A stretch of DNA of 64,000 nucleotides from Magallana gigas (Eukaryota). A program made the translations under genes and the position numbers. The notes below the pieces were generated by a model. The model saw only the letters and a list, made by a program, of their open reading frames with translations, made no database searches and was not told the origin of the DNA. The stretch is taken from contig NC_088856.1 of assembly GCF_963853765.1 (NCBI RefSeq), positions 54,002,001-54,066,000 of the forward strand. The letters are read 5' to 3'. This document shows positions 39,901-53,700 of the stretch, piece after piece (the stretch's first letter is position 1; the number at the start of each line of letters is the position of its first letter).

Positions 39901-41331
39901 ATACAAAAATTATGGCTAAACAAGGGTTGAAATATAAAAAACCTTTTCAAATTAAAAAAAAATGTCGATTTAAGGTACGCGGACCCAGAAAATTGTCGGG
40001 GCTTTTAACGTGAAGTTAATTTTTTGTGATCTGAAAACTCGACGTAAATGTGTACCTTTTAATTCATTTTTTTCTTAAATAAATTCAAATAAATTTACCA
40101 AACATATTTATCAATCAATTGATATATTATCAAAACTCAAATCAATTTTATTCATGTTTTTTTTTTCTTAACAGATGTGATGTAACTGACGATCCGATCA
40201 AAATGTCGGGAGCTTACCGTCTTATTTTCTGTTATCTGAAAACACCCGAAAATAGAACACCTTTTGATTTATCAATTAATTTACAGTTTAACTTTAAACA
40301 CCCCCCCCCCCCCAAAAAAAAAAAGAGAAATGAAAACATTTCAGATCATGTTTTTTTTTAAATACATAATACCGGTGACTCGAATATACTCAGCTATTTA
40401 TGTAGCAATAAATTTTTAAAAAATCACTCTTAAATGATAAATTATAGATAAATACATGAACAAACTCTTGGCAAATTAAATTCAAACATTGAAATAAAAA
40501 AACAAATACACGCGTTTCATAAAATAACTTTCAACTTTATTTTCCGTATAGCTGGTAATAGCGTCGTGATTTAACATGAACAAAAAATCACTCGTACGAT
40601 ACACGTGTACGGAAGCTGATCAGAGACACAGCATTGTCTTTCATCTTGGGTTCTATACACAACAGGTGTTATTGTCTTTCTTTGTTTTTAGCAATCATTG
40701 TATTTTACAATTAACTCTGTATACTTGGACGCTTAAACAGGTGTACACGGGATGCCGTTATTCACACCTTTCCACGGACACCTGTTAGGTAACTCATCAC
40801 AACCGGTCGTGTGTATAGTCTGAATATATCTTAATTCTACTTTGTTAGTTTCATGGTTTTTCTTAATCTCTAAAAAACAAAAGAACTGTCTGTAGATATG
40901 TACACAAACAACTGCATGTACATGTACATGATTGTAAGACTATCGGCGCGTGGATCCGTGGGACAATTCAGCAAGTCTACATGCGGGAATTTCACAAAGT
41001 ATTAACCTGCGATAAAAAATCATTTACCGGGTACATTGATGTACGAAAAAAAACCTGATTAAATGAAACTGTTAAATAGATGAATGAGATAATGCCTTTT
41101 TGCAAGTATTTAGAACAAACACAGCCATATTTAGTTTATTTTCAATGTAATATGTGTGATGTGAAATAGCGTCGAAATTTTCACCGATAAATCTTTATTA
41201 CACCGTGTACTGTACAAACTTTTTGCCATTATGTTGAAATCGTTATTGAAACCATGAGCCTAAAATAAATGAATTAAATTCATACAAATAAAACTCTAAT
41301 AATTCAAAATTGTTTTCACACAGTGACATAC

Positions 41332-41378
<47 letters not shown>

Positions 41379-41709
41379 ATTAAACAACGCAGTATTTCAA
41401 CACTCGTACATGCAGTATAAGAATAAAGAATCAAAACAATTCAAACACTAATTACTTCATTGTTAAACATTTTTCTATTCTTCGGACTTGAAGAACAATA
41501 CAACGACATTATTTCCTTATCATGGAAGGAGCACGTGGTGTAGCTCGTGGGCTGATTTGATTGAAAGGAGTAGCACGTGGACTCTGACTGCATGAATTCT
41601 ATCACAATGTGCAATTTAGGGAAAAGGGGGTTCAATATAAATGGAAACTATTAAAACTATCATATTTAAGTGAATTACAACTTAAATGTACTTAAAGTTA
41701 AGCCTAACC

Positions 41710-41782
<73 letters not shown>

Positions 41783-44700
41783 GACGATTATTAAACAACC
41801 AAACAGTAATTATTGCAATAGTTTCTTGGAACACAAATGATGTCTAAATAAAAGTGGCTTGATATAGATGAAATAAAAAATTATCTAGTACCGATCCACT
41901 GATTCTACACGCTATGAATATGTACCGGTATTACATGTACAAGTACATCACACATAGGTATAATAGAAAGAAAATTTGAAAATGAACTAAATACATGTAT
42001 AAAGCTGTATAATTATATTATTTTGAGAAAGTACAATTGTTTTCAACAGCCCTTTAGATTTGATATCGTTAAATTGAGTATAAGCGAGAAAAGATCACCG
42101 TTACGATTCTACGCGCTATTGAAACTGCCAAACTACTACAATCACTACTACGTTTACAAATGGACTGAAACATAAACTTATTGAACTGTATATTTCAATT
42201 TTAAAAAGGAGAAGAAATTGTTAGTGTTTTGAATGATCACGCTTTTAAATATGTGGGCGATTTTTTTGTTCTTTATATCAAAAGAAATCAACCGTAACAA
42301 TCGCATAGATCTAAATTATTGCTTGCCTGAAGATTTTATTTATTTATTTTAAATTTCTTGGTTTTTTTCTTTAATTCTCTAACGTAAATAAATAATTATT
42401 TTTTTTTTATAGGTTTTATTCTTAAATCCTCCATTTTTCACAGGTAAATACCGCGTGTTACACCGTGTAACTGTCCATGTAGCATCGCGTTGCACCGTGT
42501 CGCACCGTATTTTTTCTTGTTTCGAGGCCGTAACAGAGAACAATAGATCAAAGGTACCGACACTTCCACGCTCAGCGTGGACTTTTAAACACGGTGGCCG
42601 GTGTTTTTGTCGGGATACTCGTGAGCTGTACTGTATGTCAATAAATTAGAAACTAACATGGCTGCCTCCATTGTATTCAACATGGTGTCAGAATAAATCT
42701 ACAAAATTCGCCCATCATTAGAGGCCATCGGCAGAAAAATACAATCTTAAAAATTGTTAACATACCGCTGCCACCTTTTAAAGACGAAAAATGGAAGGAA
42801 TAGCAGGAGCTAGCCCGAAGATGGACTGGAATGCACCCGACCTAGTTACACAGTGGAAGTCATTCAAACAACATTGCCAGTTTTGGTTTGCAGGCCCCCT
42901 TATAAAAGCATCGGAAGCCCAGAAATGCAACTACGTGATGATCTGGATAGGAGACAAAGGTAGGGACATTTACTCTACATGGGATCTCTCGGAGGAAGAT
43001 AGCAAGAAACTAGACGTACTGTATACGAACTTTGAGAAACACGTCAAACCCAAATCAAACAAAATCTATTCCCAATAAAAGTTTCTAAGCAGGGTTCAAA
43101 AAGATTCGGACACTTTTGAGGAGTATTTGACAGAACTTAAGTTATTAGTGAAAGACTGTGAATACAAAGATGCGGATGACATGATAAGAGACGCCATTGT
43201 GTTTGGAACTAAAGACCACAAAGTCAGGGCTAAGTGTATCGACGAGGGTTCAGATTTGACACTTGAGAAGGCAATTAATTTTGCAAGAACTCAGGAAATA
43301 TCAAAGGCACAGTTGAAAACAATGAATGGTGAAGATAATTCAATAAATGCTGTAGCTACCAAGCAAACACAAACCCCTTCTCAGTATGCTCACGGAAACT
43401 CTGGAAAATTCAACAGGGGAACATCTGAAAAATCAAAATATCCATGCCGAAACTGTGGTGGCGTACACGAACCGAGACAATGTCCTGCCTATGGAAAACT
43501 CTGCACAAAATGTAACAACAAGCATCACTTTCCCTCAGTATGTTTGTCATCAACTACATACAAGGAATTCAAGCCTATGAAACCGAAGCCACATAAACTC
43601 CACACACTCCACGTGGATGACAACACCAACTCTGAAAGTGAATCAGAACTATTTATCGATACCATAGAAGAAGTAAACTCTCTGACTATGGATGAATGGA
43701 AAGAGACAATCCTTGTGAACAATGTACCTGTAAAATTTCAGTTGGACACAGGTGCTAAGTGCAATGTTATGTCTTTGGCAACATTGAAAGCCACATGCAG
43801 TGAACCTAAAATCCGGAGAAAAGATGTCCCACTCAAGTCATATTCTGGACATCTCATTAAACCTATGGGCATCACCTCCCTTACATGCCGCCACAGAGAT
43901 CAAGACTTTCAGGTTGACTTTTATATAGTCAGAGAGGATGTACAAGCTATTCTTGGAGCAAAAACTTGTCAAGAAATGAAGATGGTGCAACGCATTTACA
44001 GCTTGACTCCTAGTGCATTACCGGAAGACATAGTAAATAGCAACATGTATGAAAATTTGTTCAAAGGCCTTGGATGCTTGCCTGGCATGCACACTATAGG
44101 TGTAGACAAAACAGTCCCGACCAGTAGTACATCCACCAAGAAAGATACCTATTGCAATCAAGGACAAAGTCAAGACAGAGTTGGATCGAATGACCGAGAT
44201 GGGAGTTATTGTGAAACAGGAAGAACCTTAACTCGATGGTCACAGTCATTAAACCGAATGGCAAAATTAGAATTTGTATTGACCCAAGAGACTTAAATAA
44301 AGCAATTTGTCGTGAACACTATCCTCTTAAAACAGTGGAGGAAGTTATTTCACAGATGCCAAATGCCAAAATATTCACCAAACTGGATGCCACTAGTGGA
44401 TTCTGGCAACTTAGACTGGATGAGAAAAGCTCAAAATTATGCACGTTTAACACTCCATTTGGACGCTTTAGATTTACACGCTTACCTTTCGGCATCAAAT
44501 CGGCTCCAGAAGTGTTCCAGAAAGTGATCTCGCAAATGGTCTTCGATGTCGAGGGAGCAGAAGCCATTATTGATGACATCCTGGTGTGGGGATCCAATCA
44601 GGAAGAGCATGACGCAAGATTGAAGAGAGTGTTAGAGAGAGCAATGGAGTACAATCTCAAACTCAGTGCAGAAAAATGTGAATTTAGAAAATCGGAAGTC

Positions 44701-47700
44701 ACATATGTTGGCCATAGACTCACAAGCAAAGGAGTCAAACCTGATCCAGAAAAAATCAGAGCTGTATCCAACATGGTAAAACCGACATGCTTGAAAGATC
44801 TACAAACATTTATGGGATTCATCCAATATCTCAGCAAATTCATGCCTCACTTGTCTACAGTCCGTGCACCCCTAAGAACACTGCTGGAGAAGAACACAGC
44901 ATGGCACTGGGATGAAGAGAAGGAAACAAGCTTCCTTAAACTCAAGAATATGGCTACAAATGCACCTATTCTTCAGTATTATGACCCGAGCAAACCTCTT
45001 ACACTTAGTGTTGATGCTAGCTCAAAAGGACTAGGCGCAGTACTTATCCAAAATCAGAGACCAGTTGCTTACGCATCAAGAGCACTTACGCCAACTCAAC
45101 AGAGGTACTCTCAAATTGAGAAAGAGACCCTTGCAATTGTGTATGGTTGCAACAAATTTCATGAATATGTTTATGGACGTGAAGTACTCATAGAGACTGA
45201 CCACAAACCATTGCAGTCAATTTTCCACAAACCTCTTCACAAAACACCTCCAAGACTTCAACGACTCCTACTTGCACTAGAAAAATATGACCTTGAAGTC
45301 AAGTACAAACCTGGTAAGGAGATGTTCTTAGCAGACCATCTGAGCAGATCATACCTACCTGAAACCAAAGAAATACTAGTTCCTGATATCAATGTCAATG
45401 AGATCCACCTCATTTCTCATTTACCAATTTCACAAGAGATGTACGAGAAGTTCCAGAAAGAAACCGCAAATGATGAACACCTACAGGAACTACAAGACGC
45501 CATATTGGATGGATGGCCTGAAGAAAAAAGCAATGTTTCCTATAACTTGCGACCTTATTGGACCTTCAGAGATGAGCTATCTGTCATGGACGGACTTCTC
45601 TACAAGTCAAGCAAACTCATTGTACCCAGAGCACTACAGAACTCAATGCTGGACAAGATTCATGAATCGCATCTTGGGATAGTCAAGTGCAAAGCACGTG
45701 CCCGTGAAGTTCTCTTTTGGATTGGCATGTCAACAGATGTCGAGAACCGAGTTAGGTCATGTGGACTATGTGCACAACATCAAAACATCAATGCAAAGGA
45801 ACCAATGCTAATGCCAGAGATACCAGATCGGCTCTGGTCGAAACTAGCTGCAGACCTATTTGAACACGAGAAACACCATTACCTACTAGTCGTTGATTAC
45901 TTTTCCAAATGGCCCGAAGTAATAAAACTAGAAAACCTGTCAAGCAAAACAACTGTCAACTGCTTAAAAGAGCTGCTTTCAAAATACGGACTCATCGATG
46001 AAATGATTACCGACAATGGACCCCAGTTTTCCTCTGCGGATTTCAAAGACTTTTCGTCTGAGTTCGAATTTAAACATGTAACCAGCAGTCCACACTACGC
46101 TCAATCAAATGGCCAGGCAGAACGAACTGTACAAACAGTCAAAAGGCTCATCATGAAATCTAAAGACCTGTTCAAGGCACTCTTGGACTACCGAAACACA
46201 CCGCTAGACATCGGATTATCACCAGCACAACTTTTTCTCAACCGCCGACTTAAAACATCACTTCCAACCTCTGCGCCCTTGCTAAAACCTCTTGGATTAG
46301 ATGCCAAAGAAATCGCAGCCAAATTAAAATCTCGCCAACTGAATAATAAAATCCAATTTGACAAACATGCAGGACCTGGATTGGAACCGCTTAAGGCAGG
46401 AGACGCAGTATTTCTGTACACAGAGGGAAAATGGAAACCTGGTCAAGTCATTGAACAGCATGCATCACCTAGATCCTACGTTGTTCAGTCGTCAGATGGA
46501 AGGAAATTGCGTAGGAACCGAAGACACCTTCGCGCAACCAACTACCGTGCTGAGAATCCACCGCGAAATGATGGCATGCGAAATTGTGTGAATCCTGAAG
46601 ATTTGCGTGATAGTTACAGGACCGTTTGGACCACAGTAATGAAAAAGATGCAAACATCACTGCTGAACCAAACAACGCACCTGTTCCAGTTCAACCCCAA
46701 ACCACGCGCTCAGGCAGGACCGTCAGACCACCAGCAAAATTCAGTGACTATATTGAATGACTCATTGTGTTGCGTTAAATAGCTATTACATTGAAAAATT
46801 AACAAAAACAATTAAAAAACTGTAATTTAGAGTTTAGAAATTATGTATTTTGTTTTTGCATGAAAATCTAGTCTTGCGTAATCTCTAGTCAATTTTTCAT
46901 TACAAATGCATAATATTTTGCTTTTGATGGAAAGAGAGGGATGTCACATACTCAATCTTTTTCTATTTGAAATCCGGAAGTTATCCGTCTTTGGTTTTGT
47001 CTTTTATGTGTATGTCAATAAATTAGAAACTAACATGGCTGCCTCCATTGTATTCAACACCCCCCTCCTCCAAGAATTTCGTTCTGATTAAGATATCTAA
47101 ACTTTTCGCAATTATAAGAAAATAAAATACTGATTAAGTAAAAACAAAACAATAAATAATTACCAAGCGTTGACTTGGTTTCATCTAGAGCGGCCTTGGT
47201 ATCTGAGGTCGCCGACGCTAAATCCGCGTTGTCTGTCACCTTGAAGTCAAAGTAGCACTCCCGCCGCAGTGTGGGGTTATCGTCCGTGGTTGCCCCGTTG
47301 TTACATGTACTGATTGCCGTGGTTCTTTTAGAGTCGTCGGTGAACATCGCAGTTAAATTAGGATTGAAAAATACAGGCTGATAATCTGCATCAACATGGC
47401 TTCCCCAATTATCGTTATCACCCGTCGTCTTTCCATCATAAGTAAATAACGATGTAGCCTCTGAATTCTGCCCTGTTAAAAGAGAATGAAACATTTTTGG
47501 AGAAGAATTAATTAACTTCTTGAATTTATTTGCTTGAATTGTCCTCTGGCTGACGTATGCATGATTTATGCACGGAGTGACAAGAATGTACGCGATCAGT
47601 TATGATCATTTTAATTGTATGATAGCGTATTTCAGGTCCTTCCCGACACCTAAGAATCCTTCCCTCAGTTTCCCATATCCTTTCTGACCATGGACCAGCT

Positions 47701-50700
47701 TCTAGGACTTCTGCCTTTATCGTGAATAATTCATGGCCGATATCGATTGGCCCCTTCACACTCGTAAGGAAATATCAGCAGTTGCTTTGTTGTTTACGCA
47801 TTATCAACATGTTTTGATTTATGACATGATCATCGTTTTTATAGCTCTAAATCCCAAAGGGTGTAGCTACAACAATGTAACTAGCCCTTTCTCTTCTTTT
47901 TTTTGAGATCTCCAGAAAACGTCCCATAAAAAAACCCGGAGAGAGTTTTTACAGCTACAAATTGTGTCGCTCTACCCCTGCGAATGCTTTCATCTCGTTG
48001 CTAAGTATGAAATAAATCAAGAGGTGCTCGTATGATAGTTCACGAGACTTCCCCGAGATTTGTTCAGTTCATGTGAAAATTCGAGTGGAAGTATATTAAG
48101 TGTTCGTATAATATTCTCAAAATTCATAAGAACTGGTCGTTTTACATATCGTGTCCTTCACGAAAATCTATTAAGAGGTCTGTCTTTTTTCATCATCTAA
48201 CTGTATTTAAATTAAACGATGATATTCATAACAGAGTTATCGTTCGTGCTCAACCACTCTACACGTGGTTGAAAATAATGTTTTAGGGTGCGACCGTTGG
48301 GGCGAGCACAGCAAGTGATCAAACAATGAATTATGATAAATCAATAAAAATAAAATTAACAACGTAAATAAATTTGATTGCAAAATAAAATAAAACATAC
48401 CTATTTTCCAGTAAATATTCATTATTCATAGTTTATAAGATTTGTTATAATTTACTTATTTATAAGTAAAACAATAGTTTAATCTCAGATACAATGTTGT
48501 TGAATAATAAAGATTTCAATATAAGTGTTCTTTGCACTGTATCTCCTCTTTTAAAAAGATTGTAACGTTGGTTCATCCCCTTTTTTTGCCGTAGACTCTT
48601 TTTCCTTAAACTTACATAGAAAAATTGAATCATTTTAGAGCATCCTGACCCCCCCCCCCCATGTTAAAAAATAATATTTAATCTTTTTTTCAATTAACAC
48701 ATAGAAAATCGACTTATCATGGATTTGCCCCCTCCACCTTTTATAAAAAATTAAATTAATTTTTTTTTGGGGTTTACGCTTAAAATATGTGCTTATCATA
48801 TTAAAAGAACATGGAATTCTCCCCCCCCCCCCCCTTTGGGACTTGGATCATGTAATAAATGGAAACCATTGAACTGCTTAAGACCTGAAGGATTAGAATT
48901 TTCATGATTTTTTTTTTTTGCCTGTAAAATTTTTTGGGATGAGGCTGCCATCCACCCACCAACCCCACTTTAAAAAAAGGCGATGCTACGTGTACGTTCC
49001 AGGAAATTACCGTAATTATAGTGATTAAAATAAATGTGAGCATTCAACCGAATAAGTGCAAGTTACAACTGTTTATAGTATCTGAAGAAATGTTCTCATT
49101 CTTCATCTTTGCAATATTTTGATAGGATTTTGGTAATTTCACCAGATTTCCCCTAATTGTGGCGTCAAAGTTCACGGTTAAGACTAGTGTCGTCTGACTC
49201 TTTCATTAAAACTCCCCTAAGATAATCAAAGTACTGAAGTACTGACGGGAGTTGATTTTTTCGATTATCATTTATTTTAAAATCAACTTATCTGGCAATT
49301 AGTTTCTTGTCTACATTTGAATTACGCACTTTTTTTATTATATGAATTTTAGACTTTTCCGACAAGAATTTCGAGAAACCCTATATGAATCATGTTGTGT
49401 AATATTTAAAGATAGATTTCAAACTTTGTATCAGTAATCAAAACAGTTCTAAAAATCTTATGGATCCAGGCACTATTGATATCGAACTCTAGTCTAGTCT
49501 CGTTCAACCAGACGCTCGGCTGTCTCCGTTAATTTCTGACAAGCAAGAGAGCCTTTCACTTTTATTTCTAAACTCATTTTATCCACCAACTAGTGAAGAT
49601 AAAGTTTAAAATCAATAAACATGAAGATTTTATATTTGATTACAAGTACCTATACTATAAAATAGACTATAAACACGAGGCACGATTTTTACTGCAAAGG
49701 GTTGACCTTCCGTACCGCGTGCATGTTGCACCATCACATGTCAATAACTTACCGGTGTATAGTTTACAATGTCCCATCCACCTACTTTTCGTGTTATTTT
49801 ACCCCTTGTCTGTAACTTGCAATTTCACTGTGTAAAGTCAACACAAGAGTCATAACCGCAGGTTTCGCATTTTACTTCTGATTCTCATGTACCTAACAAA
49901 TGGGGCCTACATATATTGCATATCAATTTCAACAAGAGACGCCCCTCTAACTAATGATACTCATATATAGGTTCTAACACTTACAAACTTTTCCATAGTT
50001 GTAGATGGCCTCCTCGTTGGAGGTAGAGTTCGTCACACTTCCGTTGGGAGCTGTAAAGTCATCGGCAGGGTTATCATTAAAGTTGCCCAATAATCCTGAA
50101 ATAAAAGTTACCATCTTTATTGTGACATTCATCAACCAACTTTCTGAGAAAAAGATGTTTAATTTCATGCTCTCATAGTATTCCTTTAATTTTTTGATAA
50201 TTTGCTTGAAGACTCTTGCTATAGTTGAAGATCTAAAATAAAAAACCATTTAAATGTCGGTTTAAAATATCATATATCTTAGAGTAAAATGAACTAAAAG
50301 TCGTACGCTAAAATTTCTTCGGATCAACCGCTTTTGACAATAATACTTTTATTTAAAATGGCTCAATTAGGTACGCGGATAAATCCTTTTTAACATTAAT
50401 TATTTTTTTAAAGCAATGTTTGTATTGAAACTCCCAAAACCTAAACATATACGGGATTTGTTTTCACCGTTATTTTTTTTAACCTAAATTTGTGACCAAT
50501 TTGTGGTTGATTTAAAATAAAAATAAACTACACAAGAACAATATATTTATGATTATTTTAAGTCTTACTCTTACTGTATATTTCAGGTTTCAAGTTTTTC
50601 TATAAATTACAGAAACCAAACGCTTAATAACTCTACTACAATATTCTCCAACACTATAATATTGAAATGAACCGTACAAACGGCTTAACTACTGGTAAGG

Positions 50701-53700
50701 GTAGCTGATTAAATTTATATACAGTATCATTTTATCTTTCAACTGAACATAGCTTCACTTTAGATGATGCCCTCGTTCAAGTATTTGGCCGGCCATTTAA
50801 TGTATATAATACTGTGGAATCATCAAAGTTCATTGTGGTATCGTGTCAAATATTTTACTTCTGTTTATTTTATTTTTCTTCTAAATTTTAGCGCGATTTT
50901 AATCAAAATACATGTACTTTCTCAGGGTTTGAATATGGCTATATTGTTCGGAAAAAGCTTTTGTTAGGTTCAAATGTTGGTTAATCTCATTTACTCGTTT
51001 ATCTAAATTCATGATAGTAAAAACGTCAAATGTCTTAGAGTTTTAGATAATTGAATTTCCCCACATCTTATCTTTATTTTGCTAAAAGCATTTACAGGCA
51101 TCATACACTTCAAAGGGAACTAATTGGCTAGGTAATTTACTTAGGGATTAACTCAGGTGTCATGGTCTAAGCTATTATTCATTTATCGTTTTACACGATA
51201 CATATTTTGTTTAATATACTGTTGAAATTCTTTTGTACATTAGTCGGAATCGAACAGCCGTCCCGATATCACCGATCTGTATCAAAATTAGTCAGGTCCT
51301 TAATAAATGTTGAAACGCTGATCGGACTTTCCTCGGTTACTTTAACCAAATTGAGGGCTACCATCGGAGTGTTGATTGTGTTATAGTACAGCCGAGTGTC
51401 GATCGAGTTGTACAGTGGTCCTTTACAAATTTTGATTCTCGATAATCTAAATTTTTGTAAAGGACAGTGGCTCAATTTTCGTGGTATTCGTGGGTAGCCT
51501 TCCCCCACGAGTTTACATCATCAACGATAACATATCTTTCTTACTAAAACTGAAAACTGACGCATCCACGAAATTGCATACCCACAAATAAACAAAAAAC
51601 CCACAATCCACGAAAATCGGTCCCCGTGAAATTAAATGATTTCAAAGTATAGTGCATCTCTTGAACAAAGATTTACCTTGGAAGTTGTTCTTGTACAGGG
51701 CGGCCGATTCAATGACCAGCTGGAACATTTCGTTCTTGAGTTGAACGCCTGCCGTCAGCCCATTACTGAAGATCATCTTCCAGGTGTGGACGGACGAGGC
51801 GTCCGTACTCTTACTGACGGACACCTTGGTCCAGTCCTGATCATTCGTCAGATCCAGGGAATCCAGCACTACTCCGTTCTTTAAGATCTCTTTAAAATAA
51901 AAAACCCACATAAAACAACTAAATGAATTGCTTTTTTAATTAATGTTATTTAAACGTAAATGTAGTATATTTGTATGTACATAATACCTAATGAAAGTGT
52001 TATATGTTATATATACATGTACATCTGCAGTTTATTTCATTCCTGGAAAAAAACGGAGTTGTTTTCCTGTTATATAAACTGCTGATTGATGAGCTATAAA
52101 TATAACATGAGGTAAATATTGATTTTTTTATAGAGTCGATATACCTTTGCAGAAGTTTAAATCTAAAACTGAATACTTATAGGTACATGTTGCTACATTC
52201 TGAATTTAGGAAAGGCGTACAAGGAAAAACCAAGAAATAGATATGATGTTATATAGTTACAAGAGGCCCAATGGGCCACATCGCTCACATGAGCAAAACT
52301 GGCTTTATATGGGCGTTCAAAGGATATTGTACTAAGTGGCCCCTCGGTAGATTAACCAAAAATAAATATCCGAATTATCACTTATTTTTGCATATACTTA
52401 ATCTTTGACATATTTACCTTTATGGAATACAATTTTTACCGAAAAGAAGATGATATGCAATATAAATATATAAATAACTAAATTTTCAGTTGGTGTTCAC
52501 GGTTAATTTCCAGTTCCCTCTATTTTATCCCCCCCCCCCAATTACTTTAAAAAACGATTAAAACACCTAAGAGCATAAAGGTACATTTTCTCCCTCCACT
52601 ACTTACTAGTTATTGCATTTTAAAAAATCCTATATGTGAAAAAAGAAAAGTGTACCTTAATGCACCAGAATGAATGCGCTCAATTCCTCAAATCAAAAAC
52701 ATTGAAAAATTTAATTGGCCTTCTCCATTATAGACGATTGTCATTTACAGGCATGAATTCATTTCGAATGACGTTTCATATCCTTACTCACTTGACTGAA
52801 GAATAAACTTTTTTTTTTATTTAAATACAACTTTCACAAAATAAAGAGCAGATACAAGTGATATAATACATATAACACTTACTGGTATAATAAATTTTGT
52901 TAATACATTTCTCTGATATAATATGATTTTACAGATGTATATACACAAATGTACATTATCACCAATATAATTTTAGTATTGTCATGAAAGTTGTTATTTT
53001 TTGGGGTATATATTGGGGGCGAGGGGATGAGGGAGGGGTAGAAATTGGGTGATTTATCTATAAGTTTAAAAAGAAAATTCACTGACTTACTATAAATTAA
53101 TCTTGCTCTTGTATTCTTGTACATACTTAAATACATGCATGTATGACATGTACATTGGCATAGACACAAACATAATACACATGCACATATAACAAAGTGT
53201 GTTTCCATAAATCAGGATTTACCAGCATATGATTTTGATTCAATCACCCATGGGGAGGAGGGAAAAAATAGAGAAAAAAAATAAAGCAGGGGGTAGGGGA
53301 GAGGTACAAAAATAGAAGCAGATGAAAGCAATTATCTATGATTCTAGCTTTTGGAAGATGTTTGACCAATAGTTATTATACTCTTGGTATTTGCAGTTTT
53401 TTAGAAGGATATATTTTTCAACATAAAGTCTGTTAATAATGGTATGTTTCAGTGCCTCTACGTTTAATTGTTTAGAGAAACTAAATTTACAGGCATTTAT
53501 ATATTGTTTTACTATCAAGATTAATAGATTTTCAAAGCGATGTATATCACTGTTCAGATATTTACCAAACAGAATAGATTTATCATCAAAATTCACGTTT
53601 AACCGTAAATCATCAAACCAGTGTTTAATTTTGTCCCAAAGTTCTTTTATGAGGTAGCATTCAGAAAATAAATGGTTTATTGTTTCTGTTAACTGTCCAC

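Larger units (their letters stand above)
39609..47059 (+). mobile_element. Ty3/Gypsy LTR retrotransposon (Mag-like), full length but disabled; 5' LTR interrupted
   Basis: 118-bp LTRs TG...CA (39609-39679 + 42636-42682; 46942-47059), 3 differences. CCCCC on both flanks, PBS 42683, PPT 46929-46941, gag-PR-RT-RH-IN order. Confidence 0.95.

Noticed and set aside
41520-41630. Coding-looking fragment inside the TIR element (possible captured gene or transposase relic)
   Set aside because: Stops in the frames examined and no motif I can identify.
46600-46782. Extra domain or env after the integrase
   Set aside because: No chromodomain or env signature; probably a frameshifted or low-constraint tail.
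47526-47759. GC-richer stretch and 77-aa ORF
   Set aside because: No splice sites that fit the phase chain (49985 joins 47472 directly) and no recognisable domain.
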